From Candidatus Bathyarchaeota archaeon (GTDB lineage: Archaea; Thermoproteota; Bathyarchaeia; Bathyarchaeales; Bathycorpusculaceae), in NCBI GenBank assembly GCA_963739305.1, contig CAVTZU010000028.1, forward strand, positions 32,001-96,000: a stretch of DNA of 64,000 nucleotides, given 5' to 3'. Shown here in pieces: positions 28,561-37,875 of the stretch (the first letter of the stretch is position 1; the number at the start of each line of letters is the position of its first letter). The notes beneath the pieces were generated by a model. That model made no database searches and was not told where the DNA came from. It worked only from the letters and a program-made list of their open reading frames with translations. The translations under genes were made by a program, and so were the position numbers.

Positions 28561-29832
28561 TTGGCCAAAAAAGCGGATTTCGCAATAATCAATGCAAATG
28601 AGCTCATGACCGTAGGAGGAACAAGCTACAAGCCCCGAGCTCGGGAAAAAATGAGTGATCTTGGAATAGTGAAGAATGGAGCTGTAGCAGTCAAGAATGG
28701 AAGGATAATTTCGGTTGGCACGACGAAAAAAGTCGTGGAAGAACTAGAAGACGGATTTGAAACCATCGACGCCACCGGAAAGCTTGTTACTCCAGGGCTA
28801 ATCGACCCCCACGTGCATCTTGTTTTCGGCGGCTCGAGGGAAGAAGAACTCGAACAGATGGCTGTCAAGGGCATTCCGTACTTGGAAATCAAAGCAAAAG
28901 GAGGAGGAATGCCCACAACCCTCAGGAAAACAGCGGAGACATCCACGGAAGAACTCCTCAAACGAACAGTGAAGATACTTGACACCATGTTGATCCACGG
29001 CACCACAACGATAGAAGCAAAAAGCGGGTATGAAATGACCTTGCAAGGCGAAATCAGACAGCTAGAGATCATCAGAAAACTCGACGATACTCATCCGATC
29101 GACCTAGTCCCAACTTTCATGGCCCAAGGTATCCCGTTTGAATACGAAAACAAGGTCGACCGACTGACAGACGAGATCGTTGAAGAATGGGTTCCAGAGG
29201 TAGCGAAGAAAAAGCTCGCAGAGTATTGTGACGTGTTCTGCGAGAAAGGCTACTTCAACGTGGAGCAGTCGAGGCGAATACTTGAAGCCGGAAAGAAATC
29301 GGGTATGAAGCCGAGGATTCACGCTGACTGGCTGGCCCACAGTGGAGGCGCAAAGCTGGGCGCAGAGTTAGGAGTCGTCTCTGCCGACCACCTGATCTTC
29401 ACGCCGCAAGATGAGATCGACACCTTGGTTAGAAAAGGTATTATGGGAACGTTTCTGCCGACGACACCGTTCTGTTATTTGGGAACTTATGCGAAGGCGA
29501 GGGACATAATCAACAGAGGGTTGCCTGTTGCGTTAGGGACCGACCTGAGCGCAGCTGACTGGTGTGAATCAATGCAGATGATGATGACGATCGCTATACT
29601 CCAGATGAGGATGACCACAGAAGAGGCATTTGTGGCCTCAACGATCAACGCGGCTCATGCCGTGGAACGCGCCCATGAAATCGGTAGCCTAGAAGAAGGA
29701 AAGAAAGCCGACATCGTGATTTTCGACGCCCCCAACCACAAGTACGTCTCATATCATTATGGCGTCAACCTAGCTGAGAAAGTCTTCAAAGACGGAAAGC
29801 TTGCAGCTGAGAGAGGAAGAAGAGTAAAGTAG
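28561..29832 (+). CDS. hutI: Imidazolonepropionase
   Basis: PGLIDPHVHLVFGGSR, GTTTIEAKSGY, CDVFCEKGYF, SADHL. Confidence 0.9.
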   Translation: MAKKADFAIINANELMTVGGTSYKPRAREKMSDLGIVKNGAVAVKNGRIISVGTTKKVVEELEDGFETIDATGKLVTPGLIDPHVHLVFGGSREEELEQMAVKGIPYLEIKAKGGGMPTTLRKTAETSTEELLKRTVKILDTMLIHGTTTIEAKSGYEMTLQGEIRQLEIIRKLDDTHPIDLVPTFMAQGIPFEYENKVDRLTDEIVEEWVPEVAKKKLAEYCDVFCEKGYFNVEQSRRILEAGKKSGMKPRIHADWLAHSGGAKLGAELGVVSADHLIFTPQDEIDTLVRKGIMGTFLPTTPFCYLGTYAKARDIINRGLPVALGTDLSAADWCESMQMMMTIAILQMRMTTEEAFVASTINAAHAVERAHEIGSLEEGKKADIVIFDAPNHKYVSYHYGVNLAEKVFKDGKLAAERGRRVK

Positions 29833-29902
29833 ACAACAAAAACGAGAGATATTGAAGAGAAAACGTATTCAGGCCATGAACGATGACTCTATTCGCCCTC
29901 AC

Positions 29903-31456
29903 TCACCTTTCAAGTATGAACGTCTTCTTGTGCAGTGTTGGCGTTGGTATTCGTTCCATCAGCATCCTGTCAGCAGGCTTATTGCTAAGCCCGACTGGTT
30001 GAAGCTTCTGCGCAAGCTCAAGGGCTGATTCGAGTTTTGTGCTTCTTTCAGCAAATATCTCCATCATGACCTGGTCTTTTTTGACGTGATCGCCCAGTTT
30101 TGTTTTCAGCAGCAGCCCGGCTCCTTTGTCTCTTGGCGCGCCCGCTTCTTTAGCTATCCTCGCGATTCCTTCGTTGCTCACCCAGAGGACTTCTCCATCC
30201 TGAGGCGCCTTCAACACAGAGGTTTCGTGTCCGACGATGATATCTTCCGGTTTTACTTTCGAATTACCGCCCTGAGCCTCGATTATTTCGCGAAGCTTTT
30301 TCTCGGCTTTTCCTGATTTCAAGAATTCCTCAGCTACTTGTTTTCCGTTCTTGGTTCCAACCATATCCAAAAGTATGCCGGCAAGGTTGACGACCTTCTC
30401 TTGAAGGTCAGGGGGACCGTGACCCATAATAGTCGAGAGAGCTTCTCTTGCTTCTAACGCCGGTCCAACCGCGCTCCCAAGGGGCTGTTCACCGAAGGTG
30501 ACTCCGACTTGAACGTTCATTCCTAAACGTTTTCCCAAGTCCATGAAATCGGCTGCAAGAGCTTCTGCCTCACCGATGGTTTTTATCTTCGCTCCTCTTC
30601 CGGTTGGTATGTCCAACACGACGTGCGTCGCACCTATGGCTTTCTTCTTGCTCATGATTGAAGGAAGAAGCATTGGGTCTATCGCCAACGGATACTCGAC
30701 TTGAATAAAGATATCATCAGCAGGCGCCAACTCGAGTGCCCCTCCCCACACCAAGCAGCCATTCGTCTTTTCGACGACGCCTCTTATTTCATCAACCGAC
30801 AATTTTACTGGACACAAAACTTCCACGCGATCTGCAGTTCCGGCTGGCGAGGTCACGGCTCTTGATGACGTTTTTGGGATCGTGAAACCAGCAGCTGCGA
30901 TTATCGGCACGACGAGGATTGACGTCTTGTCTCCCGGAATGCCGCCGATGCTGTGTTTGTCGAGTATCGGCTTCTTCCCCAGCGCCAAGGTGCTTCCAGT
31001 CTCCACCATTGCCCTAGACAACGATTCAGCTTCTTCCATGCTCATCCCGTGAATGTAAAGAGCGGTGAGAAAAGATGCTAGTTCAATGTTGCTGAGGTGG
31101 CCTTCAACGACATCATGGATTATTGAGACTATCTCATTTTCTCGCAGCCGACTGTTGTTGATTTTTGCCTGGATGTAACTGAGCGATTCTGGAAGATTGA
31201 CAGATTCGACTTCAACGTTCTCTTCCCCTACTATGTCCAGTTTCTTAGCTGGCTCTTCATAGAGACCGATTGACTTGCGCGAGAAATTGGCGGCTACGTT
31301 CACTATCGCGACCGCCTCCTTATCCCTGTAGGATATTCTCACTCTGTCAGAAGAGAGAACGCCCAGGTAGTTTGCAGATGTCTCATCAAGCACCGCAACG
31401 CTTCTACCGCCTGCTTGTATATGCAGAAGTTTCGCCTTGAGCTTCATCAATACCAC
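29903..31456 (-). CDS. AMP phosphorylase
   Basis: DKHSIGGIPG, PKTSSRAVTSPAGTAD; N-terminal extension typical of archaeal AMPpase. Confidence 0.96.
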   Translation of the reverse strand: MVLMKLKAKLLHIQAGGRSVAVLDETSANYLGVLSSDRVRISYRDKEAVAIVNVAANFSRKSIGLYEEPAKKLDIVGEENVEVESVNLPESLSYIQAKINNSRLRENEIVSIIHDVVEGHLSNIELASFLTALYIHGMSMEEAESLSRAMVETGSTLALGKKPILDKHSIGGIPGDKTSILVVPIIAAAGFTIPKTSSRAVTSPAGTADRVEVLCPVKLSVDEIRGVVEKTNGCLVWGGALELAPADDIFIQVEYPLAIDPMLLPSIMSKKKAIGATHVVLDIPTGRGAKIKTIGEAEALAADFMDLGKRLGMNVQVGVTFGEQPLGSAVGPALEAREALSTIMGHGPPDLQEKVVNLAGILLDMVGTKNGKQVAEEFLKSGKAEKKLREIIEAQGGNSKVKPEDIIVGHETSVLKAPQDGEVLWVSNEGIARIAKEAGAPRDKGAGLLLKTKLGDHVKKDQVMMEIFAERSTKLESALELAQKLQPVGLSNKPADRMLMERIPTPTLHKKTFILER

Positions 31457-31530
31457 ACCCGCACACTATAAGCGCGGTTGAAATTAAAGCCTTTAAGCAA
31501 CCTAGACCAAACAATTCGAAGCACAGGGGT

Positions 31531-32766
31531 TTGCTAATCTTGAGATACGTGGATTTTGTCGACTTGAAATACAAGCCGAACGAGACGGAAGTTATCTGCA
31601 CCTTCCTAGTCGAGCCACAAGGAGTAAGCATGAAAGAAGCCGCAGGTGCAGTTGCTGCTGAAAGCTCCATAGGAACGTGGACAGAGCTGACAACGATCAA
31701 ACCATACGTCGAAAGACTTGCCGCTCACGTGTTCAGCATCAAAGACAACACTGCAAAAATCGCGTATCCAATAGAGCTCTTCGAGCCTGGAAACATGCCT
31801 AACATCCTCAGTAGCGTCGCGGGAAACGTCTTCGGACTGAGAACTCTGAAAAACCTGCACCTCGACGACGTGGATTTCCCAGACAGGCTTGCAAAAAGCT
31901 TCAAAGGCCCAAAGTACGGAGTCGAAGGAGTCCGCAAAATCTTGAAAGTCTACGATCGCCCGTTGGTGGGAACGATCATCAAACCAAAGCTCGGCCTGAA
32001 AACTAATGACCACGCTGAAGTCGCCTTCGAGGCGTGGGCTGGAGGGTGTGACATCGTCAAGGACGACGAGAACCTGAGCAGCCAAAAGTTCAACACCTTC
32101 GAAGATCGGTTAGTGCGCACGCTTGAAAGTAGAGACCGAGCCGAAAAAGAGACAGGCGAAAGAAAAGTCTACATGATCAACGTCACGGCGGAAACAAATG
32201 AAATGCTGAGAAGAGCCGAACTCGTCCTCAAACATGGTGGAGAATACGCGATGATCGACATACTCACATGCGGCTTCTCAGCCCTGCAAACATTCAGGGA
32301 GCGGAACTTCAACCTCGTGATTCACGCACACAGAGCCGGACACGCTGCCGTTACAAAAAACCCCAAACACGGAATCTCGATGCGCGTCTTGTCAAAAATA
32401 GCGCGAATAATAGGAGTCGATCAACTTCACGTTGGCACAGTGGTTGGAAAAATGTTTGAAACAAAACAGGAAGTCGCAGAAAACTGCGACGCCCTGAAAA
32501 TGCCAATGGCAAGCATGAAAAAAGTCATGCCGGTCGCCTCAGGCGGGCTATATCCCGCGCTTGTTCCAGCGCTAGTGGAATTCTTCGGCGCCGACTTTGT
32601 CATCCAAGCGGGAGGAGGCATCCACGGTCACAAAGACGGCACGATGGCAGGAGCCAAAGCCATGAGACAAGCCGTGGACGCGGCGTTGAAAGGCGTAACT
32701 CTAGCAGAATACTCGCGGAAACACAAGGAATTGAAAGCAGCCCTCGAAACCTGGAAGAACGCTTGA
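31531..32766 (+). CDS. rbcL: RuBisCO form III large subunit
   Basis: AESSIGTW, KPKLGL, VKDDENL, HAHRAGH, SGG, GGGIHGH. Confidence 0.97.
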   Translation: MLILRYVDFVDLKYKPNETEVICTFLVEPQGVSMKEAAGAVAAESSIGTWTELTTIKPYVERLAAHVFSIKDNTAKIAYPIELFEPGNMPNILSSVAGNVFGLRTLKNLHLDDVDFPDRLAKSFKGPKYGVEGVRKILKVYDRPLVGTIIKPKLGLKTNDHAEVAFEAWAGGCDIVKDDENLSSQKFNTFEDRLVRTLESRDRAEKETGERKVYMINVTAETNEMLRRAELVLKHGGEYAMIDILTCGFSALQTFRERNFNLVIHAHRAGHAAVTKNPKHGISMRVLSKIARIIGVDQLHVGTVVGKMFETKQEVAENCDALKMPMASMKKVMPVASGGLYPALVPALVEFFGADFVIQAGGGIHGHKDGTMAGAKAMRQAVDAALKGVTLAEYSRKHKELKAALETWKNA

Positions 32767-32774
32767 CAGCCTAG

Positions 32775-33704
32775 CTATTCGAAGACCCACGGATACTTTC
32801 TGTGCATCACTTCAGTTACGGAATGAGGAGAGACAATTCCCTCTTCACATATTATGCCATGGATAAAATCTCTTCTCGTGACGTCGAACGCCGGATTTCT
32901 AATGACGAGCTCCTTCGGCGGGTCCTTCCAAACCTCGCGAGGACTCCTTTCCTCGATTTTCTCGTAGTCCCCGTACATCGTCGCAGGATCAAACTTCAAC
33001 AATTCAGAGACCACGTAGAACGGTGTCCGAGATTCAGCTGCGACCAGGGCAACCGTGCTCGTTCCAATTTTGTTAATCACGTTTCCTTCCGAAGTGATAG
33101 CGTCGGCACCTACGAGGACCAAATCAACGTCATTCATGAAGAACCGAGCTGCGGAATCAACGATAAAACTCGTTTTCACGCCGATTTCCAGCATTTCCTT
33201 GGCAGTCGTCTGCCCCTGAAGTACAGGCCTGGTTTCCGTGCAAATCATTTCGAACGATTTTCCTTCACGCTTCGCCTCTTTCAGCAGGTTTGTGACCGTT
33301 GAGGAGTGACAGTGGGTCAGAATCACCGAGTCATGTCTGATTCTTCGGGCCCCAATCTCGGCTATTCTCTTGCTGGACTCTTCGAGTTGTGAAAGAAACT
33401 GCCCTGAAGCCTGAGAAACTATTTCCGCAAGCTTTTTCACGTTTCTCTCTTCATTCTTTTCGACCCTGTTAACGATGAGCCTTAGAGCATTCCTCATCAA
33501 AGGTTCAGTGGGTCTTGAAGAGAAGAAGATGTCCTTTGCTTTGACAAGCTCTCTGACAAAGTCCTTTTTCGTCGGAGCTTCGGTTCTATCTGCAAGCGCT
33601 TCCACAGCTTTTATTGCAGCGATAGCCACGTTTCTTGCACCCTGAACCTCAAGTCGCCTTATCCTCTTCACAGTTGATTGAACTGCGTCGGACAACTGAT
33701 TCAC
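32775..33704 (-). CDS. Ribose-1,5-bisphosphate isomerase (eIF-2B family)
   Basis: RPTEP, THCHSS, ETRP, GADAI, NKIGT, NPAFDVT; clustered with AMPpase and RuBisCO. Confidence 0.93.
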   Translation of the reverse strand: MNQLSDAVQSTVKRIRRLEVQGARNVAIAAIKAVEALADRTEAPTKKDFVRELVKAKDIFFSSRPTEPLMRNALRLIVNRVEKNEERNVKKLAEIVSQASGQFLSQLEESSKRIAEIGARRIRHDSVILTHCHSSTVTNLLKEAKREGKSFEMICTETRPVLQGQTTAKEMLEIGVKTSFIVDSAARFFMNDVDLVLVGADAITSEGNVINKIGTSTVALVAAESRTPFYVVSELLKFDPATMYGDYEKIEERSPREVWKDPPKELVIRNPAFDVTRRDFIHGIICEEGIVSPHSVTEVMHRKYPWVFE

Positions 33705-33754
33705 CTTCGATTGATCGTCCGCAAAATACTACATGAAAGTAGAATAAGCTTTCC

Positions 33755-34351
33755 CTATCTGGCGTACCGATCGTTCGTCCAAACGTCCGCCGTATCGCTG
33801 TATCCGAGTCTCTCCCAGTACCCAAGCTCCTTCTTCAAAGTGAAAGTTATCCTGATGACCCACAAGGCGCTCTTGTAGGCATACTTCTCTGGAACAACGA
33901 GCCTCAAAGGAAACCCAATGCCTTCCTCGAGCGGCTTGCCGTTCAAACCATAAGCCAGCACGACATCGTCACCCGAAAGTTCTTCGGTCGACAGTGAAGT
34001 CGTGTATCCGTCGGCGCACAGAAACGTGACGAACTTGGCATTCTCTCTGGGCTTAACTAGATTGATAATCTCGCTGAAACGTATGCCTTCCCATTTGCAG
34101 TCGAGAACGCTCCATCCTTCAACGCAGTGAAAGTTGCTTACAGAATGAACCTTTGGAAGCCCAAGCACAGCATTCCAGTTCAGTCTAACTGGGTTCTCGA
34201 CTTCGCCGCCGATTTCCAAAATGTAGGTTTTCAAGTCGATCTTGGGGTTGGATCGAGCGATACCCGGATGGTCGATCCCCCATCTAAGGAGACTTTTTAT
34301 CGGTCTCTGACCGGGAGGAAGCTTGCCTCGGTCTTTTTTTCCTTGATTCAT
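33755..34351 (-). CDS. Molybdopterin-dependent oxidoreductase (sulfite oxidase family)
   Basis: LPPGQ, FHCVEGWS, GFPLRLVVP, GYWE. Confidence 0.92.
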   Translation of the reverse strand: MNQGKKDRGKLPPGQRPIKSLLRWGIDHPGIARSNPKIDLKTYILEIGGEVENPVRLNWNAVLGLPKVHSVSNFHCVEGWSVLDCKWEGIRFSEIINLVKPRENAKFVTFLCADGYTTSLSTEELSGDDVVLAYGLNGKPLEEGIGFPLRLVVPEKYAYKSALWVIRITFTLKKELGYWERLGYSDTADVWTNDRYAR

Positions 34352-34427
34352 TATCGCTCAAGAAGAATGATTCCGTGTCGGAAATAAGCCTTGCGAGAGC
34401 AAATTCTCCATTGTGACAAAATAGCGT

Positions 34428-35531
34428 TCAAGCGGATTCAAAGAAACTTGTAAGTCGAGCCTGCTCCTCTTCAATCACAGCGAGGTTCGATAGTTTCACC
34501 CCGACTCTTCGAATGTCCAGCTCGCTCTCTTCAATAAACTTCTCGAACAGTTCTCTCACTATCCTCTTCATCAAATAGACGCTGTTTGACGGCGAATCTA
34601 AAGACCTCGACCTTGAATAAGTCCTCAGATCAACCGTGATCGCAATTATTCCTACCGTTTTGAAAGTCAATCTCTCTTCCAAGACCCTGTTATAGAGGTC
34701 ATCGCACAGTTCCGTTGCCTTCTCCATGACAGCGTCAACGTCACGAGTGTTCTGTCTCAATGTTGCGATTCTGCTTATCGATTCTGCTTCCCCTTTTTCT
34801 TGCACAGGCTCATTGTCCAGTCCCTGTGAGGCGTTGTAGAAGTATGTCCCGAGAGTCTTACCGAAGACGCCGACAAGCTTCTGCACATCAGTCTTAGCAA
34901 GTTCGCCGATTGTGCAGACGTGCATGCTCTGCATCCTCATCAGGGTTTTCTTTCCAACACCGATCAAACGGTCGACGGGCAAGGGCTGAAGGAAGCTTGA
35001 TACATGATTCGGGGTTACGACGGTCAACCCGTCAGGTTTTTTTTCGTCCGCGGCAATCTTGGCGATCAATTTGTTAGGTCCAACGCCTATCGAGCAAGTG
35101 AGCCGCTCCAGCTTGAACAGTTCGTTCTTGACTGTTCTCCCGAATTCCTCGGCAAAAGAAAAGTCTGCTTTCGTCTTGTCTGAAACATCCAGAAAAGCTT
35201 CGTCAATCCCCACCTGCTCGAACGCATCAGCAAACCTCTTCAAAACGGTCATCACTCTCCCAGAGACTTCCTCATAGAAGTCGTAGTCAACGGGCAGAAA
35301 AACCGAATCAACGCCTTCTAGCTTCTTCTTGGCAAGATAAATCGGTATGCCCGACCTCACCCCATATTTCCTTGCAACATAGTTCGCCGTGCTGACAGCT
35401 CCACTGTCCTCAGTGCGTCCAGAATAGACGCAGACGACAACGGGTTTCTCCTTTATCGACGGGTTCCTCAACTCCTCGCATTGAGCAAAGAAGTAGTCCA
35501 GATCAACGAGCATGATAACTCTGGAAGCCAA
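34428..35531 (-). CDS. dinB: Y-family DNA polymerase IV
   Basis: VDLDYFFAQ, STANYVAR, IDEAFLD, KPDG. Confidence 0.96.
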   Translation of the reverse strand: MASRVIMLVDLDYFFAQCEELRNPSIKEKPVVVCVYSGRTEDSGAVSTANYVARKYGVRSGIPIYLAKKKLEGVDSVFLPVDYDFYEEVSGRVMTVLKRFADAFEQVGIDEAFLDVSDKTKADFSFAEEFGRTVKNELFKLERLTCSIGVGPNKLIAKIAADEKKPDGLTVVTPNHVSSFLQPLPVDRLIGVGKKTLMRMQSMHVCTIGELAKTDVQKLVGVFGKTLGTYFYNASQGLDNEPVQEKGEAESISRIATLRQNTRDVDAVMEKATELCDDLYNRVLEERLTFKTVGIIAITVDLRTYSRSRSLDSPSNSVYLMKRIVRELFEKFIEESELDIRRVGVKLSNLAVIEEEQARLTSFFESA

Positions 35532-35597
35532 GGACCCATACCCACTGATGAAAAACTGCAGAAATGATTTACGTCTTTCCTCTTCCCAAGTTTCAAA

Positions 35598-35987
35598 CTA
35601 CGTTTCCGTTACCTGAAGCTCCAACCTCTCGCCGCTACGATTGTAGACCGCAACGCAGGCCTCGCCGTCGAAAGGAGATGCCACGATCATAAGAACCCTT
35701 CCGAACATGTGGTTAAGATCGGTCGTTGACGGCCTGAAGTTGCCAGAAGGGTGAGAGTGAACTGTTCCCATTATCGAAAAATCCATGGGCATCATATAAA
35801 TCGGGATATGAGCGAAGCCGTGTCCGTAACTGGCCAATGGAGGAACAAGCAAGTCCGTGACCACAACCAGGTCCTTGGTCTTTTTTCCTCTCAGAAGCAA
35901 GATCGTTTCTTTCGGGAAAAGCCTTTTTGCACCCTCGAAAATCGCTTCTAACAATTCTCGCCTGATTGAAACCGCCTTCGTTCCCAT
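35598..35987 (-). CDS. JAMM/MPN+ metalloprotease
   Basis: E..HSHPSGNFRPSTTD. Confidence 0.9.
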   Translation of the reverse strand: MGTKAVSIRRELLEAIFEGAKRLFPKETILLLRGKKTKDLVVVTDLLVPPLASYGHGFAHIPIYMMPMDFSIMGTVHSHPSGNFRPSTTDLNHMFGRVLMIVASPFDGEACVAVYNRSGERLELQVTET

Positions 35988-36144
35988 GCTTCAACGCTCC
36001 ATCGCTTCAACTCGCCCCGCGCATTCAAATATACCTTTAGCCCTCACCAGCCCTGAAAACCGACGTCAGCCCAAGCGTGCCCTGCAAGGAAAGCCGAGTT
36101 TTCAAGCGTCGGTCAGATGCTCTCCAGCAGCTGATCACGCATAT

Positions 36145-36378
36145 TCACGGGTAGGTGTGAGCGTCCACTTCAACTTCTCTTGGCAGCCTTTTTATCCTAA
36201 TCTCTATGCTTGCTGGCTCTTCTTTCCCCGTCTCCTTCAGAGTCTTCAAGAGACCGATCATCATGTTCGCCAGAGTCTCCTGCATGAAATGGTTCAGAGG
36301 CAACTTGATATTGTTCAGTCGCACTTCAGTTTCGAAACTCTTCTTCAACACTCTATGTTTGGAACTCAACAAATTCAC
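36145..36378 (-). CDS. Small hypothetical protein
   Basis: 77 aa ORF with LPLNHFMQETLAN pattern; start uncertain. Confidence 0.55.
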   Translation of the reverse strand: MNLLSSKHRVLKKSFETEVRLNNIKLPLNHFMQETLANMMIGLLKTLKETGKEEPASIEIRIKRLPREVEVDAHTYP

Positions 36379-36514
36379 CCTTGAGAACAGTCTGCTGCCA
36401 ACGCTGATAACGATTACGGTGAACAGAAGCTGGGAACTGCCCCCTTTTTAGGGGGCGCGAAATAATCAAAACACACTTAAGAGCATCCAGCACTTTTTGA
36501 CACGGTCGTGAATA

Positions 36515-37315
36515 TTGCGAACCTGGCGGCTATTGAAACCTGAAACGCACAGCGCGTTCATGAATATGGCGATCGACGAGAGCATCCTGAAATCGAAGAC
36601 AGATCATCTCGTGCCTAGTACGGTCCGTTTTTACCGTTGGGAACCATCTGCTGTTTCAATTGGAAGGTTCCAAGATGCAGAGAAAGAAACTCACTTGGCA
36701 AACTGCAGAAAACACGGCATCGACGTCGTCAGGAGGATAACGGGCGGAGGCGCGGTGTACCACGATTCTGCAGACGAGATCACGTACAGCGTAATCGCCG
36801 ACAGAGATGATCTCGGAACAGAAGACATCGCTGACATCTACGCCAAGATCTATTCTGGCCTGACCAAAGCACTTGCAATACTTGGAGTAAACGCGGATTT
36901 TAACCAGGGCAGCGTAAAGGCATGCCCTAACCTAACCGTCAGAGGCAGAAAAATATCTGGAAGTGCTCAGGCTCACAGACACGGGGTAGTATTGCAGCAT
37001 GGAACTCTGCTTACCAAAGTCAACCTTGAAAGGATGTTCAGGTTTCTGCGGGTACCGTGGGCACAAACCTGTTTTCAAGTTGTGAGGGTTGCTGAAAGCA
37101 GGATCACTTCGATAAGCTCTGAAACCGGACGAGACTCATCTGACGACGAAATAATCAATGCACTCGTGAGAGGCTTTGAAAGCGGCTTGGACATAAAAAT
37201 GAAGAACGGAAGATTGACTCCAAAAGAGCTTGAATCTGCCGAAGACCTTTGCGAGACGAAATATGCTACAGACGCCTGGAACCTCAGGAGCTGCAGCTCA
37301 CTCCAAGAGCAGTAG
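36515..37315 (+). CDS. Lipoate-protein ligase A / octanoyltransferase family
   Basis: NMAIDE, RRITGGGAVYHD, KISGSAQ, QHGT. Confidence 0.93.
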   Translation: MRTWRLLKPETHSAFMNMAIDESILKSKTDHLVPSTVRFYRWEPSAVSIGRFQDAEKETHLANCRKHGIDVVRRITGGGAVYHDSADEITYSVIADRDDLGTEDIADIYAKIYSGLTKALAILGVNADFNQGSVKACPNLTVRGRKISGSAQAHRHGVVLQHGTLLTKVNLERMFRFLRVPWAQTCFQVVRVAESRITSISSETGRDSSDDEIINALVRGFESGLDIKMKNGRLTPKELESAEDLCETKYATDAWNLRSCSSLQEQ

Positions 37316-37817
37316 CAAGTCGCCTCAGATCTTCGTCGCTCATCCATTCAGTCTTCAGATAAAGACAGATTCTCTGTTCACTCATTCCGAGCCTGCGGGC
37401 CTCTTTGACCGCAGCTCGATAAGCTTCAATCTCCGTTGGTCTCTCGGTGTACGAGTAGTGGATGTCGAAAAGCTCCTTTCCCTCGTTGAACTGTTTGACG
37501 TGGACGAGTTCATGTATCAGATCGAGGTATATGTCGACTTTGTCGCCTTCGTTCATGTACCTCGTGCTTATCATCAGGTGACCGTCAAGATTATCGACAA
37601 ACATGTAGCCGCCTATCCACGTGAACTCGATCTTCAGATTTTCTAGAATCTCATCGGTTTTTTCTCCGAATGTGTCTCTGACGGCCTGGACTTTTTCCAT
37701 ACCTTTGAAGTAGTCGGTGAAATAGTGGGTCGAGCCCCTCGTGCTTAAGATCTGTCTCAAGCGCAACAATCTGATAAGTCGAAATACGTTTGGAACCAGA
37801 ATTTCAGCGGCGTTCAT
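37284..37817 (-). CDS. HExxH zincin-like protein
   Basis: IHELVHVKQ..YTERPTEIEAY; the true start is probably downstream of 37817. Confidence 0.75.
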   Translation of the reverse strand: MNAAEILVPNVFRLIRLLRLRQILSTRGSTHYFTDYFKGMEKVQAVRDTFGEKTDEILENLKIEFTWIGGYMFVDNLDGHLMISTRYMNEGDKVDIYLDLIHELVHVKQFNEGKELFDIHYSYTERPTEIEAYRAAVKEARRLGMSEQRICLYLKTEWMSDEDLRRLATALGVSCSS

Positions 37818-37875
37818 TTTCTCCAGACACTCTTCAAGGATTTTTGAGTTAATTTCCTCTTAACCAAAGCTTGCT

